A stretch of 64,000 nucleotides of DNA from Bdellovibrionota bacterium (GTDB lineage Bacteria; Bdellovibrionota_C; UBA2361; OMII01), in the NCBI GenBank assembly GCA_044345405.1, contig JBIJBE010000012.1:1-64000 (forward strand), read 5' to 3'. Below are positions 10,427-19,238 of the stretch, piece after piece. The stretch's first letter is position 1. Each line of letters begins with the position of its first letter. The position numbers and the translations under genes are program-made. A model generated the notes under the pieces. That model saw nothing but the letters and a program-made list of their open reading frames with translations. It did no database searches and was not told where the DNA came from.

Positions 10427-10587
10427 ACGTGAACGTGCTCGTGCACGTAAACGTGAACGTACCCGGAGTATGAGAACGGAGCGGGAGACCGTTTCCTCTG
10501 ATACTAGTTGCGCTGTTTTACCTGCGACTCCCTCACTAGGGGCAGTCTTTCCTTCGGGTACGTTCACGTTTACGTTCACGTTCACGT
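10427..10587. repeat. Inverted-repeat element with hexamer-built arms (CGTGAA/CGTAAA/CGTGCT ending in TACCCG)
   Basis: Left arm ACGTGAACGTGCTCGTGCACGTAAACGTGAACGTACCCG; right arm CGGGTACGTTCACGTTTACGTTCACGTTCACGT. Confidence 0.8.
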
Positions 10588-10768
10588 GGAGCAGCTACGT
10601 CAACGTTGGAGATATAGGCGAACATTATCCGTTTCAGGTGGTTGCCTACCCCCGTTCGCTCCCATTTAACGAGGCACGACGCACAAACGCCGTCTCACCT
10701 AATCCGGTCAAGTTATCCCCCCTAACATCCGACCATCCCTGAGGATAGTCATGGAGGGATAACGCGTC

Positions 10769-11629
10769 ATGGGCGTAATCGTTGGAATCATCGGAGTACT
10801 TGCGAGCGTACTCATCGGATTCATGGGACCGGGCGGTCCTGTGTTGATCCTTTTGCAGCCGTTCGAATTCCTTACCATCGGTGGCGGTATCGGCTTCACC
10901 CTGCTGATCTCGAATCCACCATCAGTGATTAAGGCTATCGTCCCCGGAATTAAGGACGCGGTCAAAGGAAGCGGCATAGACGCCGCGATGTACAAAGATC
11001 TTCTCGGTCTCATGGGAACGGTCTTCGACACGATGCGACGTGAAGGTGTGCTCGGCATCGAGGGAGATATCTCTAATCCTCATCAAAGCGCGAGATTCAA
11101 CAAATACCCGAAGGTCGCGCACAACCACCACCTCATGGAGACCTTCTGTAGCGCCCTTCGACTCTTCGTCGATGGCGTGGTGAACGCGTTTGACCTTGAG
11201 CGGCTCCTCGACAGTGAGATCGAGACCCACCATAACGAGGCACTTCTCGCTCCAACCGCGGTGAAGGCGATGGCGGACGCGTTCCCGGCGATGGGAATCG
11301 TGGCTGCCGTACTTGGAATTATTATTACGATGCAATTCCTCGATGGACCGCCAACTGAGATCGGTCACCACGTAGCGTGCGCGCTCGTAGGAACGATGCT
11401 CGGAATCTTCCTTTCGTACGGATTCGTCGGTCCGATCGGAACGAAGATGGAGCACGTCGCGCGCGAGCAAACAGATATCTTAAAGACCGTACAAGCGGGG
11501 CTCGTTTCCTTCGCTGGAGGCTCTCCTCCCGCGGTAGCGCTCGAGTTCGCGCGCAAAACGATTCCAAGTGTTCATCGACCAACCGCGGAACAGTTAGAAG
11601 AGATTATGAAGGAGGCCAAGAAGAAGTAG
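10769..11629 (+). CDS. motA: Flagellar-type stator protein MotA
   Basis: Four hydrophobic helices; RREGVLGIE; DAFPAMGIVAAVLG; ALVGTMLGIFLSYG; EFARKTIP. Confidence 0.93.
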   Translation: MGVIVGIIGVLASVLIGFMGPGGPVLILLQPFEFLTIGGGIGFTLLISNPPSVIKAIVPGIKDAVKGSGIDAAMYKDLLGLMGTVFDTMRREGVLGIEGDISNPHQSARFNKYPKVAHNHHLMETFCSALRLFVDGVVNAFDLERLLDSEIETHHNEALLAPTAVKAMADAFPAMGIVAAVLGIIITMQFLDGPPTEIGHHVACALVGTMLGIFLSYGFVGPIGTKMEHVAREQTDILKTVQAGLVSFAGGSPPAVALEFARKTIPSVHRPTAEQLEEIMKEAKKK

Positions 11630-11650
11630 TTATTCGCTCTGGCCGGAGCT

Positions 11651-12922
11651 ATGGCAAACGATAAGCCTGTCATCGTCATTAAAAAGAAGAAGGGTGGCCA
11701 CGGTGGCCATCACGGCGGAGCGTGGAAGATCGCCTACGCTGACTTCGTAACAGCGATGATGTGTTTCTTCCTCTGTATGTGGCTGATCAACACAGCCTCC
11801 GTAGTCACCCGTGAAAACATCGCCTCCTATTTCCGAAAGCCCTCCCTCTTTAACGAGGGAACCGGTATGCCACTCCTTCTCGGCGGAGCGGGTATCCTTT
11901 CAGACGCGTATGTTCCACCAAAACCCGTTGATAAGAGACCAAATCAAAACCTGACCCAAGATCCCGCGCAGAAGATGTACGGAGAGAGTGATGTCGATCG
12001 CGACAAGCACTACGTCATGGATGGACGCAAAGAGCCGAAGCCTCACCGAGGACCGAACCAGGTTTCGGGACTCAACTCGGATAAACCAACCGCGGAGGAG
12101 ACACGTCGAGAGGTGCGCCTGAGACAGATAGCCGAGATGTCGCAAAAAACCGGAGATGAGATTAAGAAGCTTCTCGCGCAAAATCCCGCGCTCGCGCAGG
12201 CGCTCGGAAAGGTCGAACTCAAGAGTGAGGAGGACGGGTTAAAGATCGAGATCATGGATACGGACCGCTACTCAATGTTCGACAGCGGTAGCGCTCGAAT
12301 TCGAAAAGAGGCGGAACCAGCGTTCCAGGCGATCACCAATGTCGTTAAACAATATCCAAACGACCTTGATATTATGGGCCACACCGACGCGAAGCCGTTC
12401 CCAAGTCGTACAGGTGGCTACACCAATTGGGAGCTCTCCTCCGATCGCGCCAACTCCGCGCGCAGGCTCATCGAGTCGCAAGGTTTTCCAAATGAGCGCG
12501 TGGCGAGCGTCGTTGGTAAGGCGTCCAGCGAACCGAAGTTACCGGAACAACCACTCGCCGCGAGCAATCGGCGCATTACCTTGAAAGTACGATTCGATCC
12601 GGATAAGGCGGTTGAATCTTCCTCAACAAAGGGCGCTGACGAATTACGGCAACTTCTTGGACTACCTCCGGGAGCGACGCCGGAACCGGCACCAACACTC
12701 GATCCGAACGCGCCGGTACCGACAGCGACACCGACGCCAACCCCTACGCCGACCGCGACCCCAACGGTTGAGCCGACAAAGACTCCGATCACCTCACGTA
12801 ACGGTAGGATCATCCTTCCTGAGGGAACCCCGATCACCACGAACCCGGATTACATGCCGCGGGACAAGATATTCGGAAACGATCCGGTGCTTGGGACGCG
12901 GGAGTTGTATAGTGGGAGGTAG
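11651..12922 (+). CDS. motB: Stator protein MotB with OmpA-like domain and Pro/Thr-rich C-terminal extension
   Basis: GGAWKIAYADFVTAMM (conserved Asp), GHTD, NWELSSDRA, NRRI. Confidence 0.93.
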   Translation: MANDKPVIVIKKKKGGHGGHHGGAWKIAYADFVTAMMCFFLCMWLINTASVVTRENIASYFRKPSLFNEGTGMPLLLGGAGILSDAYVPPKPVDKRPNQNLTQDPAQKMYGESDVDRDKHYVMDGRKEPKPHRGPNQVSGLNSDKPTAEETRREVRLRQIAEMSQKTGDEIKKLLAQNPALAQALGKVELKSEEDGLKIEIMDTDRYSMFDSGSARIRKEAEPAFQAITNVVKQYPNDLDIMGHTDAKPFPSRTGGYTNWELSSDRANSARRLIESQGFPNERVASVVGKASSEPKLPEQPLAASNRRITLKVRFDPDKAVESSSTKGADELRQLLGLPPGATPEPAPTLDPNAPVPTATPTPTPTPTATPTVEPTKTPITSRNGRIILPEGTPITTNPDYMPRDKIFGNDPVLGTRELYSGR

Positions 12923-12936
12923 GGCGGGGCCATGAC

Positions 12937-13028
12937 GGGAGGGCGACCGTTCCCGGTCGCCGTGTCGCGTTAACCGCAGATGGTTTGCGATGCGGGAATT
13001 TCCGGCGACCGGGGACGGTCGCCCTCCC
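12937..13028. repeat. REP doublet (GGGAGGGCGACC family)
   Basis: GGGAGGGCGACCgttcccGGTCGCC...GGCGACCggggacGGTCGCCCTCCC. Confidence 0.8.
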
Positions 13029-13116
13029 ATCGTGCCGACTCGTAAGACGTCTTGGCCCAATCCACCCCACCAAAATCCCTATACCCCAACACCACCACCC
13101 AACGTAAACTCCCCGC

Positions 13117-13497
13117 ATGAAACCACTCCTCTACTCCCTCGCGGCGCTCTCCATGGCTATCGGTGTTGGGTGCGGCGCGTTCGGCGCGCACGGACTTCGA
13201 GATATCATCTCCGCTCAAGATCTTCAGATCTGGGAGAAAGCGGTTTTCTACCAACTCATTCACAGCGTTGCCGTACTCGTGCTTTTGGTGACTCCACACA
13301 CGATCTGCGATGAAAGAAAAACTACACGGTGCGCGACACTCTTCCTCCTCGGCACCCTCATCTTCTCCGGAAGCCTCTACACCCTGGTCCTCACGAATAC
13401 ACGGTGGCTCGGAGCGATCACCCCGATCGGGGGCACCTGCTTTATCATTTCGTGGATCCTGCTCGCGTTAGGAGCATACCGCCGACGGATCGCGTAA
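13117..13497 (+). CDS. DUF423/YgdD family membrane protein
   Basis: GAFGAHGL, YQLIHS, FSGSLY, GAITPIGG. Confidence 0.9.
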   Translation: MKPLLYSLAALSMAIGVGCGAFGAHGLRDIISAQDLQIWEKAVFYQLIHSVAVLVLLVTPHTICDERKTTRCATLFLLGTLIFSGSLYTLVLTNTRWLGAITPIGGTCFIISWILLALGAYRRRIA

Positions 13498-13646
13498 AGC
13501 ACAAACGGGCCTAGTTGCCCCATCTTCCAGCGATGCTCCAAGCCTATAGCAACCCAAGATTTCAAGCCCTTGCGTCCCTCGCTCCCTTTTCCCCACCCCC
13601 CGCATCCTATTAGCTACGTATACGTGTATCCCCCCTTCTACGTACC

Positions 13647-14291
13647 GTGACCATGCTCACCGACTCGCTTGAAAAACTGAAACAAATCCTTATCCCGGTC
13701 GCTATCGGCCTGACGATTGCGTCGTGCGGAGGGGTCGGTGGAGGTGGTGGGGGCGGAGGTAGTGACGCGGAGAGCAACTACCCTGGCTACGTCGAGTTCC
13801 AGGTAGAGCGCGATTCACTCGACTCAGGAGATCTCACCGACATCACCGCGACGATCACCGATGTAAACCGCGATGGCGTATTCCTGAAATTTCACTATCC
13901 ATCATCCCTTGCGTACCGAAGCGAAACCGCGATTATGCACTCTGGCGACGAGGATTCGTGGACAACCACAACCCCATTTGACGCAACCACCATCGGAACG
14001 GATAAATACCTCGTGTTCAGGGTCTCACGCCCCCCAGAGGACCAGACCAACCGGGTTTCCATCGGATTCACCCTGAGAGCCGTCTCAGGAGACCCCTCGG
14101 CGTACGTTGAGGTGGAGCTCGACAACAACGATCCGTCCCTACCGGACAACTTGGAATTTAATGACTCCTATCCTCAGTTCTCGAGCGATGATCGGTGGAA
14201 CATCAGTATCGCTGGCACCCCAGCGCCAACTCCAACCCCGGCCGCAACCGGGGCCGCGACCCCGGCGGCTACGGCTACTCCGGCTAATTAA
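13647..14291 (+). CDS. Hypothetical lipoprotein with Gly linker and Pro/Thr/Ala tail
   Basis: IASC lipobox followed by poly-Gly; beta-rich core. Confidence 0.75.
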   Translation: MTMLTDSLEKLKQILIPVAIGLTIASCGGVGGGGGGGGSDAESNYPGYVEFQVERDSLDSGDLTDITATITDVNRDGVFLKFHYPSSLAYRSETAIMHSGDEDSWTTTTPFDATTIGTDKYLVFRVSRPPEDQTNRVSIGFTLRAVSGDPSAYVEVELDNNDPSLPDNLEFNDSYPQFSSDDRWNISIAGTPAPTPTPAATGAATPAATATPAN

Positions 14292-14301
14292 TGGGTCTCT
14301 G

Positions 14302-14424
14302 ACGTGAACGTGCTCGTAAACGTGAACCTACCCGAAAAATGAGTCTCGTTGCTCGGCAAGTCCCTTCATCGGCGTATGGCACCGCCTCGGTCGGGGACGC
14401 TCACCTTTACGAGCACGAGCACGT
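14302..14424. repeat. Hexamer-arm inverted-repeat element (same family as 10427..10587)
   Basis: ACGTGAACGTGCTCGTAAACGTGAACCTACCCGA...TCGGGGACGCTCACCTTTACGAGCACGAGCACGT. Confidence 0.75.
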
Positions 14425-14551
14425 GAAATACCTGCTACAACCAGCGACGAGCTGAATTAATTGGCGATACCCCCAATCTTTGGGTTGAGCATTTCACCGC
14501 GTTTAGTAGACTACCGTTTGAAAGACACCCGTGTGCCCACAAGGTAGTTGC

Positions 14552-15415
14552 ATGACCACAGATTCCGCAGCCCTCGCCGACTCCGAGACCTCCTCAACGA
14601 AGATCGAATGTCGTCCCTTCCTGAAATGGGCCGGTGGCAAGACCCAACTCCTTCCACAGCTCTTACGACGAACTCCTAGCTCATATAACCGTTACCTTGA
14701 GCCGTTCCTCGGTGGAGGGGCCCTCTACTTCGCGATGCAACCGAAGACCGCCTACCTCGCCGATTTCAATCCTGAGCTTGTGAACTGCTTCGAGGTCGTT
14801 CGCGATCAACTCCAAGCGCTTAAAGAGGAGCTCAAAAAATATCGCTACGACAAGGACATGTTCTACGAGGTACGCGAGCTCGATCGCAAAGCTGACTATG
14901 CCTCGACATCTCCTGTCGCTCGCGCCGCTCGATTTATTTACCTCAACAAGACCTGCTTCAACGGACTCTATAGAGTAAACTCGAAGGGGCATTTCAACGT
15001 TCCGTTCGGAGCGTACAAGGATCCAACGATACTCGATGTGCCGAACCTCACCGCGTGCAGCAAGGCCCTCCAATCAGCCATCCTTAAAGTAGGGAGTTTT
15101 GAGGATATCGTCGAGGTCGCGGAGAAGGATGATTTCGTCTACTTCGATCCACCATACGCGCCAACGAGCGAGACGGCTGATTTCACCCAGTATGTCAGTG
15201 GTGGCTTCGATGAATCATCGCAAGAGCTCCTCCTCCTCACCTGTTTGAAGCTTCACCAGAAGGGTGTGAAGTGGATGCTCTCTAATTCGAACACCAACAT
15301 AATCCAGGAGCTCTACCGAGGATTTAAAGTTGAAACGGTAGAGGCTGGCCGCGCGATTAACTCAAAGGCCGAAAAACGTGGGCCGATCCTTGAGTTGATT
15401 GTTCGGAATTATTAA
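14552..15415 (+). CDS. dam: Dam-family N6-adenine DNA methyltransferase (orphan)
   Basis: PFLKWAGGK, EPFLGGG, FNGLYRVN..FNVPFG, YFDPPY, LSNS. Confidence 0.92.
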   Translation: MTTDSAALADSETSSTKIECRPFLKWAGGKTQLLPQLLRRTPSSYNRYLEPFLGGGALYFAMQPKTAYLADFNPELVNCFEVVRDQLQALKEELKKYRYDKDMFYEVRELDRKADYASTSPVARAARFIYLNKTCFNGLYRVNSKGHFNVPFGAYKDPTILDVPNLTACSKALQSAILKVGSFEDIVEVAEKDDFVYFDPPYAPTSETADFTQYVSGGFDESSQELLLLTCLKLHQKGVKWMLSNSNTNIIQELYRGFKVETVEAGRAINSKAEKRGPILELIVRNY

Positions 15416-15465
15416 CAGTTAAGCTTTTCGGCGACCGAGGTCCTCCTTTGTACGCCCCGGCAGTC

Positions 15466-15490
15466 GGGAGGGCAGTCGTCCTCGACCGCC
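15466..15490. repeat. Degenerate REP copy
   Basis: GGGAGGGCAGTCgtcctcGACCGCC between convergent genes. Confidence 0.55.
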
Positions 15491-15517
15491 GTGGGAAAAA
15501 GCTAGCGGACAACTGAC

Positions 15518-17452
15518 CTAGGGCTCTAACTCCCGCGCCAAATCATACCGCCCCATCGCCATGAGCTGTCTGCGAGCGTTTGCTCGACAAAGCTCCGTGC
15601 GATCGATCTCCTTACAGAGCGACACCATCCTCTTCGCGGTTTGGCTCGCTTTGTCCGTTTGACCCACAGTCTTTAAGAACCTCGTCTTCATCGTCAGAAA
15701 TGCGACTGAGTTTGGATTGATCGACTCTCCGACTTCAAAGTCACGCTCAAGAACGGCGGAACCATTGGACCTTTTTTTGATAATTTCGTCCGCGCCGGAG
15801 AACGGCGTGAGGTACGTGAATAGCGGAACACCTCTTCGAGCAGCCTCATCTCGCTGTATGAAGAGCATCGTGGTGTCATCAAAGTACGCCAATCCCCATC
15901 GCGGATCCGCTGATAAGAACTTGTGAAGCTGAACGATCTCACCCTCAGTGGGAGGAAGTGGAATGAGGAACGCTCGAATATCGTACTTCGCGATCTCCTC
16001 ATTAATGACCTGTTGGTCGTTCCCAAGCCTCATGTACCGCAAGAACCCCTCCTCACCGTATACCTCGTCGAGACGAGCGCCGTCGATATACACCTTGTAG
16101 TCGGGATACATTCGATAGAGGAAGTACGCCCCGGTATCGTAATCAGCGAAGACATTACCCTCTATCTTTCCCTTTTCGATGATGTCGAGCGCCTCATCGG
16201 GGAACTTGTGGGTGTCGATCCCAAGACCAAAGTGCCTTGTCACATTTCCGTTCGAATATCCGTACACCACCACCTTAGCGACCATCAAAACGGTCACCAC
16301 GAGACATCCTCCATGAAGCCATACACGCTTCCGTAGAGTCAGGTCGTAGTTCCTCACGGGCAGAATCCTCTCTCCAACGCAAATAAGAAGGCTTCCAAAC
16401 GCGAAATAAAAGAGCGGGATATGGCGAGCGGTGCCCGCGGCGAGCAGAAAGAACGCGAGCGAAAGAGGCGTTAGAATATCAGCCGAACGCACCCGCGGAG
16501 AGGCAACAAACTGCCACGCAAGGACCAATCCAAACAGAACACACGAACCATAAAACCACCACGCAAGGTGTTGCTCGGATACCGTTTGCGAGAACGGGGA
16601 GAACCACTCGAAGATGTTAGTGCGGGATGGGTGCTCACTCAACATCTCATCCGCGAATTTCGAGAACGCTCGAAAACCGATCGGAGAGAGGGCGTTCGCG
16701 GCGATAACTAACACTACAGGAAGAGCGTTTCCTCTCCACGCGTCACGCCCCTTCCAAACCGTCACCAAAAACCAGATGCCAATAAGGAACACCCCAAGAA
16801 TAGCGCTCGGATGGGAGTTAATCCACAGAACTTGGAGGGGAATCATCCACCAGATCGCCCGTCGATTCGGTGATGTAATAAGCAGAAGCGCGATCACGGT
16901 GTAGAGATACGCGAACACGTAAATACGGGTTTGCGCCCAATAGCATGACGCCAAAATCATAAGCGTCACAACTCCGAAAGAGAGGATGGGGCGGCAGGTG
17001 CGTCTCGCCCACACAATGAACAAGATAGCGTAGGTCAGAGCCAAAAGACTCGCGCAGAAGATCTGAATAGCGGAGAGCCCCCCAAGAGAGTGGACCCCGT
17101 AAAACACAAGCGAGGGAAACGCTCTATTTACCAACCAACGGTGAGGTCCCGTAAACGAGAAGGGATCCATCTCTGGAATCGACCCATGGGTCCACAGATA
17201 CTGGCCCGTTACGATATTAGAAAAGATATCCTCTGACTCAATCGGAAAGATGGAGGTGGCGAAGGTCAAAAGGGAGAGGAGGATGACGTAAAACCCGAGT
17301 GTGTTCCACCGAGGCGACGGCAACGATACCTCCGTATCGCTATCAAAACCCCTTGAGATCGATGAAGGCCCTATATCCGAAGAGCCTGGCTCACCCCCTT
17401 CCCCCTTTCGAGCTTGTTTTCTCTCTCTCTTTAAACGAGCGTTCTTTCCCAT
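15518..17452 (-). CDS. Polytopic membrane protein, possible GT-C-type glycosyltransferase
   Basis: About 11-12 hydrophobic helices; ESED in the first loop; DPFSFT, LWINSH, EWFSP, YIDGAR; soluble C-terminal domain. Confidence 0.6.
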   Translation of the reverse strand: MGKNARLKRERKQARKGEGGEPGSSDIGPSSISRGFDSDTEVSLPSPRWNTLGFYVILLSLLTFATSIFPIESEDIFSNIVTGQYLWTHGSIPEMDPFSFTGPHRWLVNRAFPSLVFYGVHSLGGLSAIQIFCASLLALTYAILFIVWARRTCRPILSFGVVTLMILASCYWAQTRIYVFAYLYTVIALLLITSPNRRAIWWMIPLQVLWINSHPSAILGVFLIGIWFLVTVWKGRDAWRGNALPVVLVIAANALSPIGFRAFSKFADEMLSEHPSRTNIFEWFSPFSQTVSEQHLAWWFYGSCVLFGLVLAWQFVASPRVRSADILTPLSLAFFLLAAGTARHIPLFYFAFGSLLICVGERILPVRNYDLTLRKRVWLHGGCLVVTVLMVAKVVVYGYSNGNVTRHFGLGIDTHKFPDEALDIIEKGKIEGNVFADYDTGAYFLYRMYPDYKVYIDGARLDEVYGEEGFLRYMRLGNDQQVINEEIAKYDIRAFLIPLPPTEGEIVQLHKFLSADPRWGLAYFDDTTMLFIQRDEAARRGVPLFTYLTPFSGADEIIKKRSNGSAVLERDFEVGESINPNSVAFLTMKTRFLKTVGQTDKASQTAKRMVSLCKEIDRTELCRANARRQLMAMGRYDLARELEP

Positions 17453-17599
17453 AAGGACCACTTCGACCAAACCGTGATTGCGTCCTTAGCTTAGATTCTT
17501 TTTTCCCATGTTTCTATCCGGGTTTTAGAAGCGGAAGGCGCTCAGGAATAAGCGCCGTGTCATGCGAGACGAGAATTCTTGGTGATAGCCGAATAGTTC

Positions 17600-17624
17600 G
17601 GCGACCAGCCATGGTTGCCCTCCC
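17600..17624. repeat. Single REP copy
   Basis: GGCGACCagccatGGTTGCCCTCCC. Confidence 0.6.
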
Positions 17625-17655
17625 GTCATGGAAACGCTACTGAAAAGCCGGGGCC

Positions 17656-18642
17656 TTATCTCCAAGTAATTCCCAAATACTCCCGTGCCCGGGTCACCGA
17701 AGTGCGCGAAATCCACGCGCGTAGGGGGGCGTCACACTCATCTCCTAACCCCATGACGGTTACCGGCTTTCCGAGCGCACGAACACCCGCGACCTCACCC
17801 GCATAGAGCCCCTCACTTCCAACAACGAGCTGTCCAAATCCAAAAATCTTAAACATGCTATAGGCTATTGGGTCCGGCCCATGCGTCAGCACGAGCGTGT
17901 GCCGCCCCCAGTCATCGCGAGAACCGGCGACTCTCCACGCCGTCATAGCCGCCACCTTACTCGGGTCATTGTCACATATCACTCGCGCATGCCCCGCTCC
18001 AACAACCGCGCCGAGGTCATCAACGATAATCGCGCCGATGGGAATCTCTCCGGCAACTTCCCCCTCATGAGCGAGACGAAGTGCTCGTCTCATAAGCGCC
18101 GCAAGCTCATCTTGTGTGAAGGATTTCGGAGGCGATGTAGGCCCGGTAGCGATACCGATATCACGCCTCCACAACACCTCGTTTCGTGGATCGTGTACCC
18201 ATCGGGCGAAGGTCTGTTCGATCTTGGGATGAGAGAGGACAATAGGAGTTATACCCGCCTTCTCATAGTCCCCTGTATCAGGACGATAGTTACGATCATC
18301 AAGGATACGAACCGTCTTTATGCCGAGCTGCCTCGCCAACGTGCACTGACAGAAGGGGCACGGACTAAGGGATGACGTGGCGACGAGATCTCCGTATCCT
18401 TCCGCAATCCGTCCCATACCCTTCACTGCTCCCGTTTCACCATGCACACCGGGAACTCCATCGGCCAGTTCGTTATGACCGAAGCCAAGGACCTCATGTC
18501 GTCCATCCGCGAGCGGACGGCTAATAATCGCGGAGATCGGGATCATCCCCTTTGCGAGGGCGTAGAGCTGCACCTCATGTACAGCGTCATCGAGTTGAGA
18601 AAGCGCAAGGATGTCGTGTTTCTTCAGTGATAGGTAAGTCAT
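17656..18642 (-). CDS. Tandem-domain nucleoside/cytosine deaminase (first domain intact, second degenerate)
   Basis: HGE and PCPFC zinc motifs in domain 1; domain 2 keeps GEIPIGAII but lacks the zinc ligands. Confidence 0.8.
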   Translation of the reverse strand: MTYLSLKKHDILALSQLDDAVHEVQLYALAKGMIPISAIISRPLADGRHEVLGFGHNELADGVPGVHGETGAVKGMGRIAEGYGDLVATSSLSPCPFCQCTLARQLGIKTVRILDDRNYRPDTGDYEKAGITPIVLSHPKIEQTFARWVHDPRNEVLWRRDIGIATGPTSPPKSFTQDELAALMRRALRLAHEGEVAGEIPIGAIIVDDLGAVVGAGHARVICDNDPSKVAAMTAWRVAGSRDDWGRHTLVLTHGPDPIAYSMFKIFGFGQLVVGSEGLYAGEVAGVRALGKPVTVMGLGDECDAPLRAWISRTSVTRAREYLGITWR

Positions 18643-18697
18643 CGCGATAGACGGAATAGTACCGTTCCGTTCGGTTCAACAAAAGGGAAATCCACAC

Positions 18698-19210
18698 TTA
18701 GAACGCATGCGCCTCGCGATGGGGCATAGGACTTCCTATCATTGAAGGGCGAGCAGGCTCCTCATCAAGCATATATCGGATTCCATAGAGTGCGCCGCTA
18801 CTGGCCAGTACGATACTCACGACCACCGCGCCCATCCTCAGTACGGACCTATCGGGCATACTACACGCCACAAAAGTCACACTGCACGCCGCGCCGATCC
18901 AACACCATCCAACGGGAAAGCTAAACAACGCTGCCCACGGACCCAAGAGAAGCCTCACAAGAACGACCCAGGCACCCCCCACAATACATCCAAAGACCAC
19001 GGAAGCCGCCACCCGTGAGCTAAAGGAGCTCTCCTTTTTCGCTCGGAAGAACGGAGCGAAAACACCTCCAAGAGCGACGGCGAATGGAAGGGTCCACCAC
19101 ACGAACGGAATAAAGTCACCCCAAGCGCGTCCCCCTTTCGCCCATATCAACGTTCCCGCCGACGTGAGGCTGACGAGCATCACAAGAATGAAACCTTTAA
19201 GAAAATTCAT
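18698..19210 (-). CDS. Hypothetical membrane protein
   Basis: About five hydrophobic segments; ATG 19210 lies 28 bp after the upstream stop. Confidence 0.6.
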   Translation of the reverse strand: MNFLKGFILVMLVSLTSAGTLIWAKGGRAWGDFIPFVWWTLPFAVALGGVFAPFFRAKKESSFSSRVAASVVFGCIVGGAWVVLVRLLLGPWAALFSFPVGWCWIGAACSVTFVACSMPDRSVLRMGAVVVSIVLASSGALYGIRYMLDEEPARPSMIGSPMPHREAHAF

Positions 19211-19238
19211 ATTCCCCCAGTATCGCTGGCCCATCCCG

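Noticed and set aside
9965-10742. ORFs 9965..10585(-) and 10020..10742(+), and similarly 41324..41530(+)
   Set aside because: They overlap a better gene or translate the hexamer repeats (NVNVNV, FTFTFT), so they are repeat artefacts.
10769-12922. Zorya ZorAB anti-phage system
   Set aside because: MotA is normal length without the long ZorA tail, MotB has the flagellar WKIAYADF motif, and there are no zorC/D/E genes.
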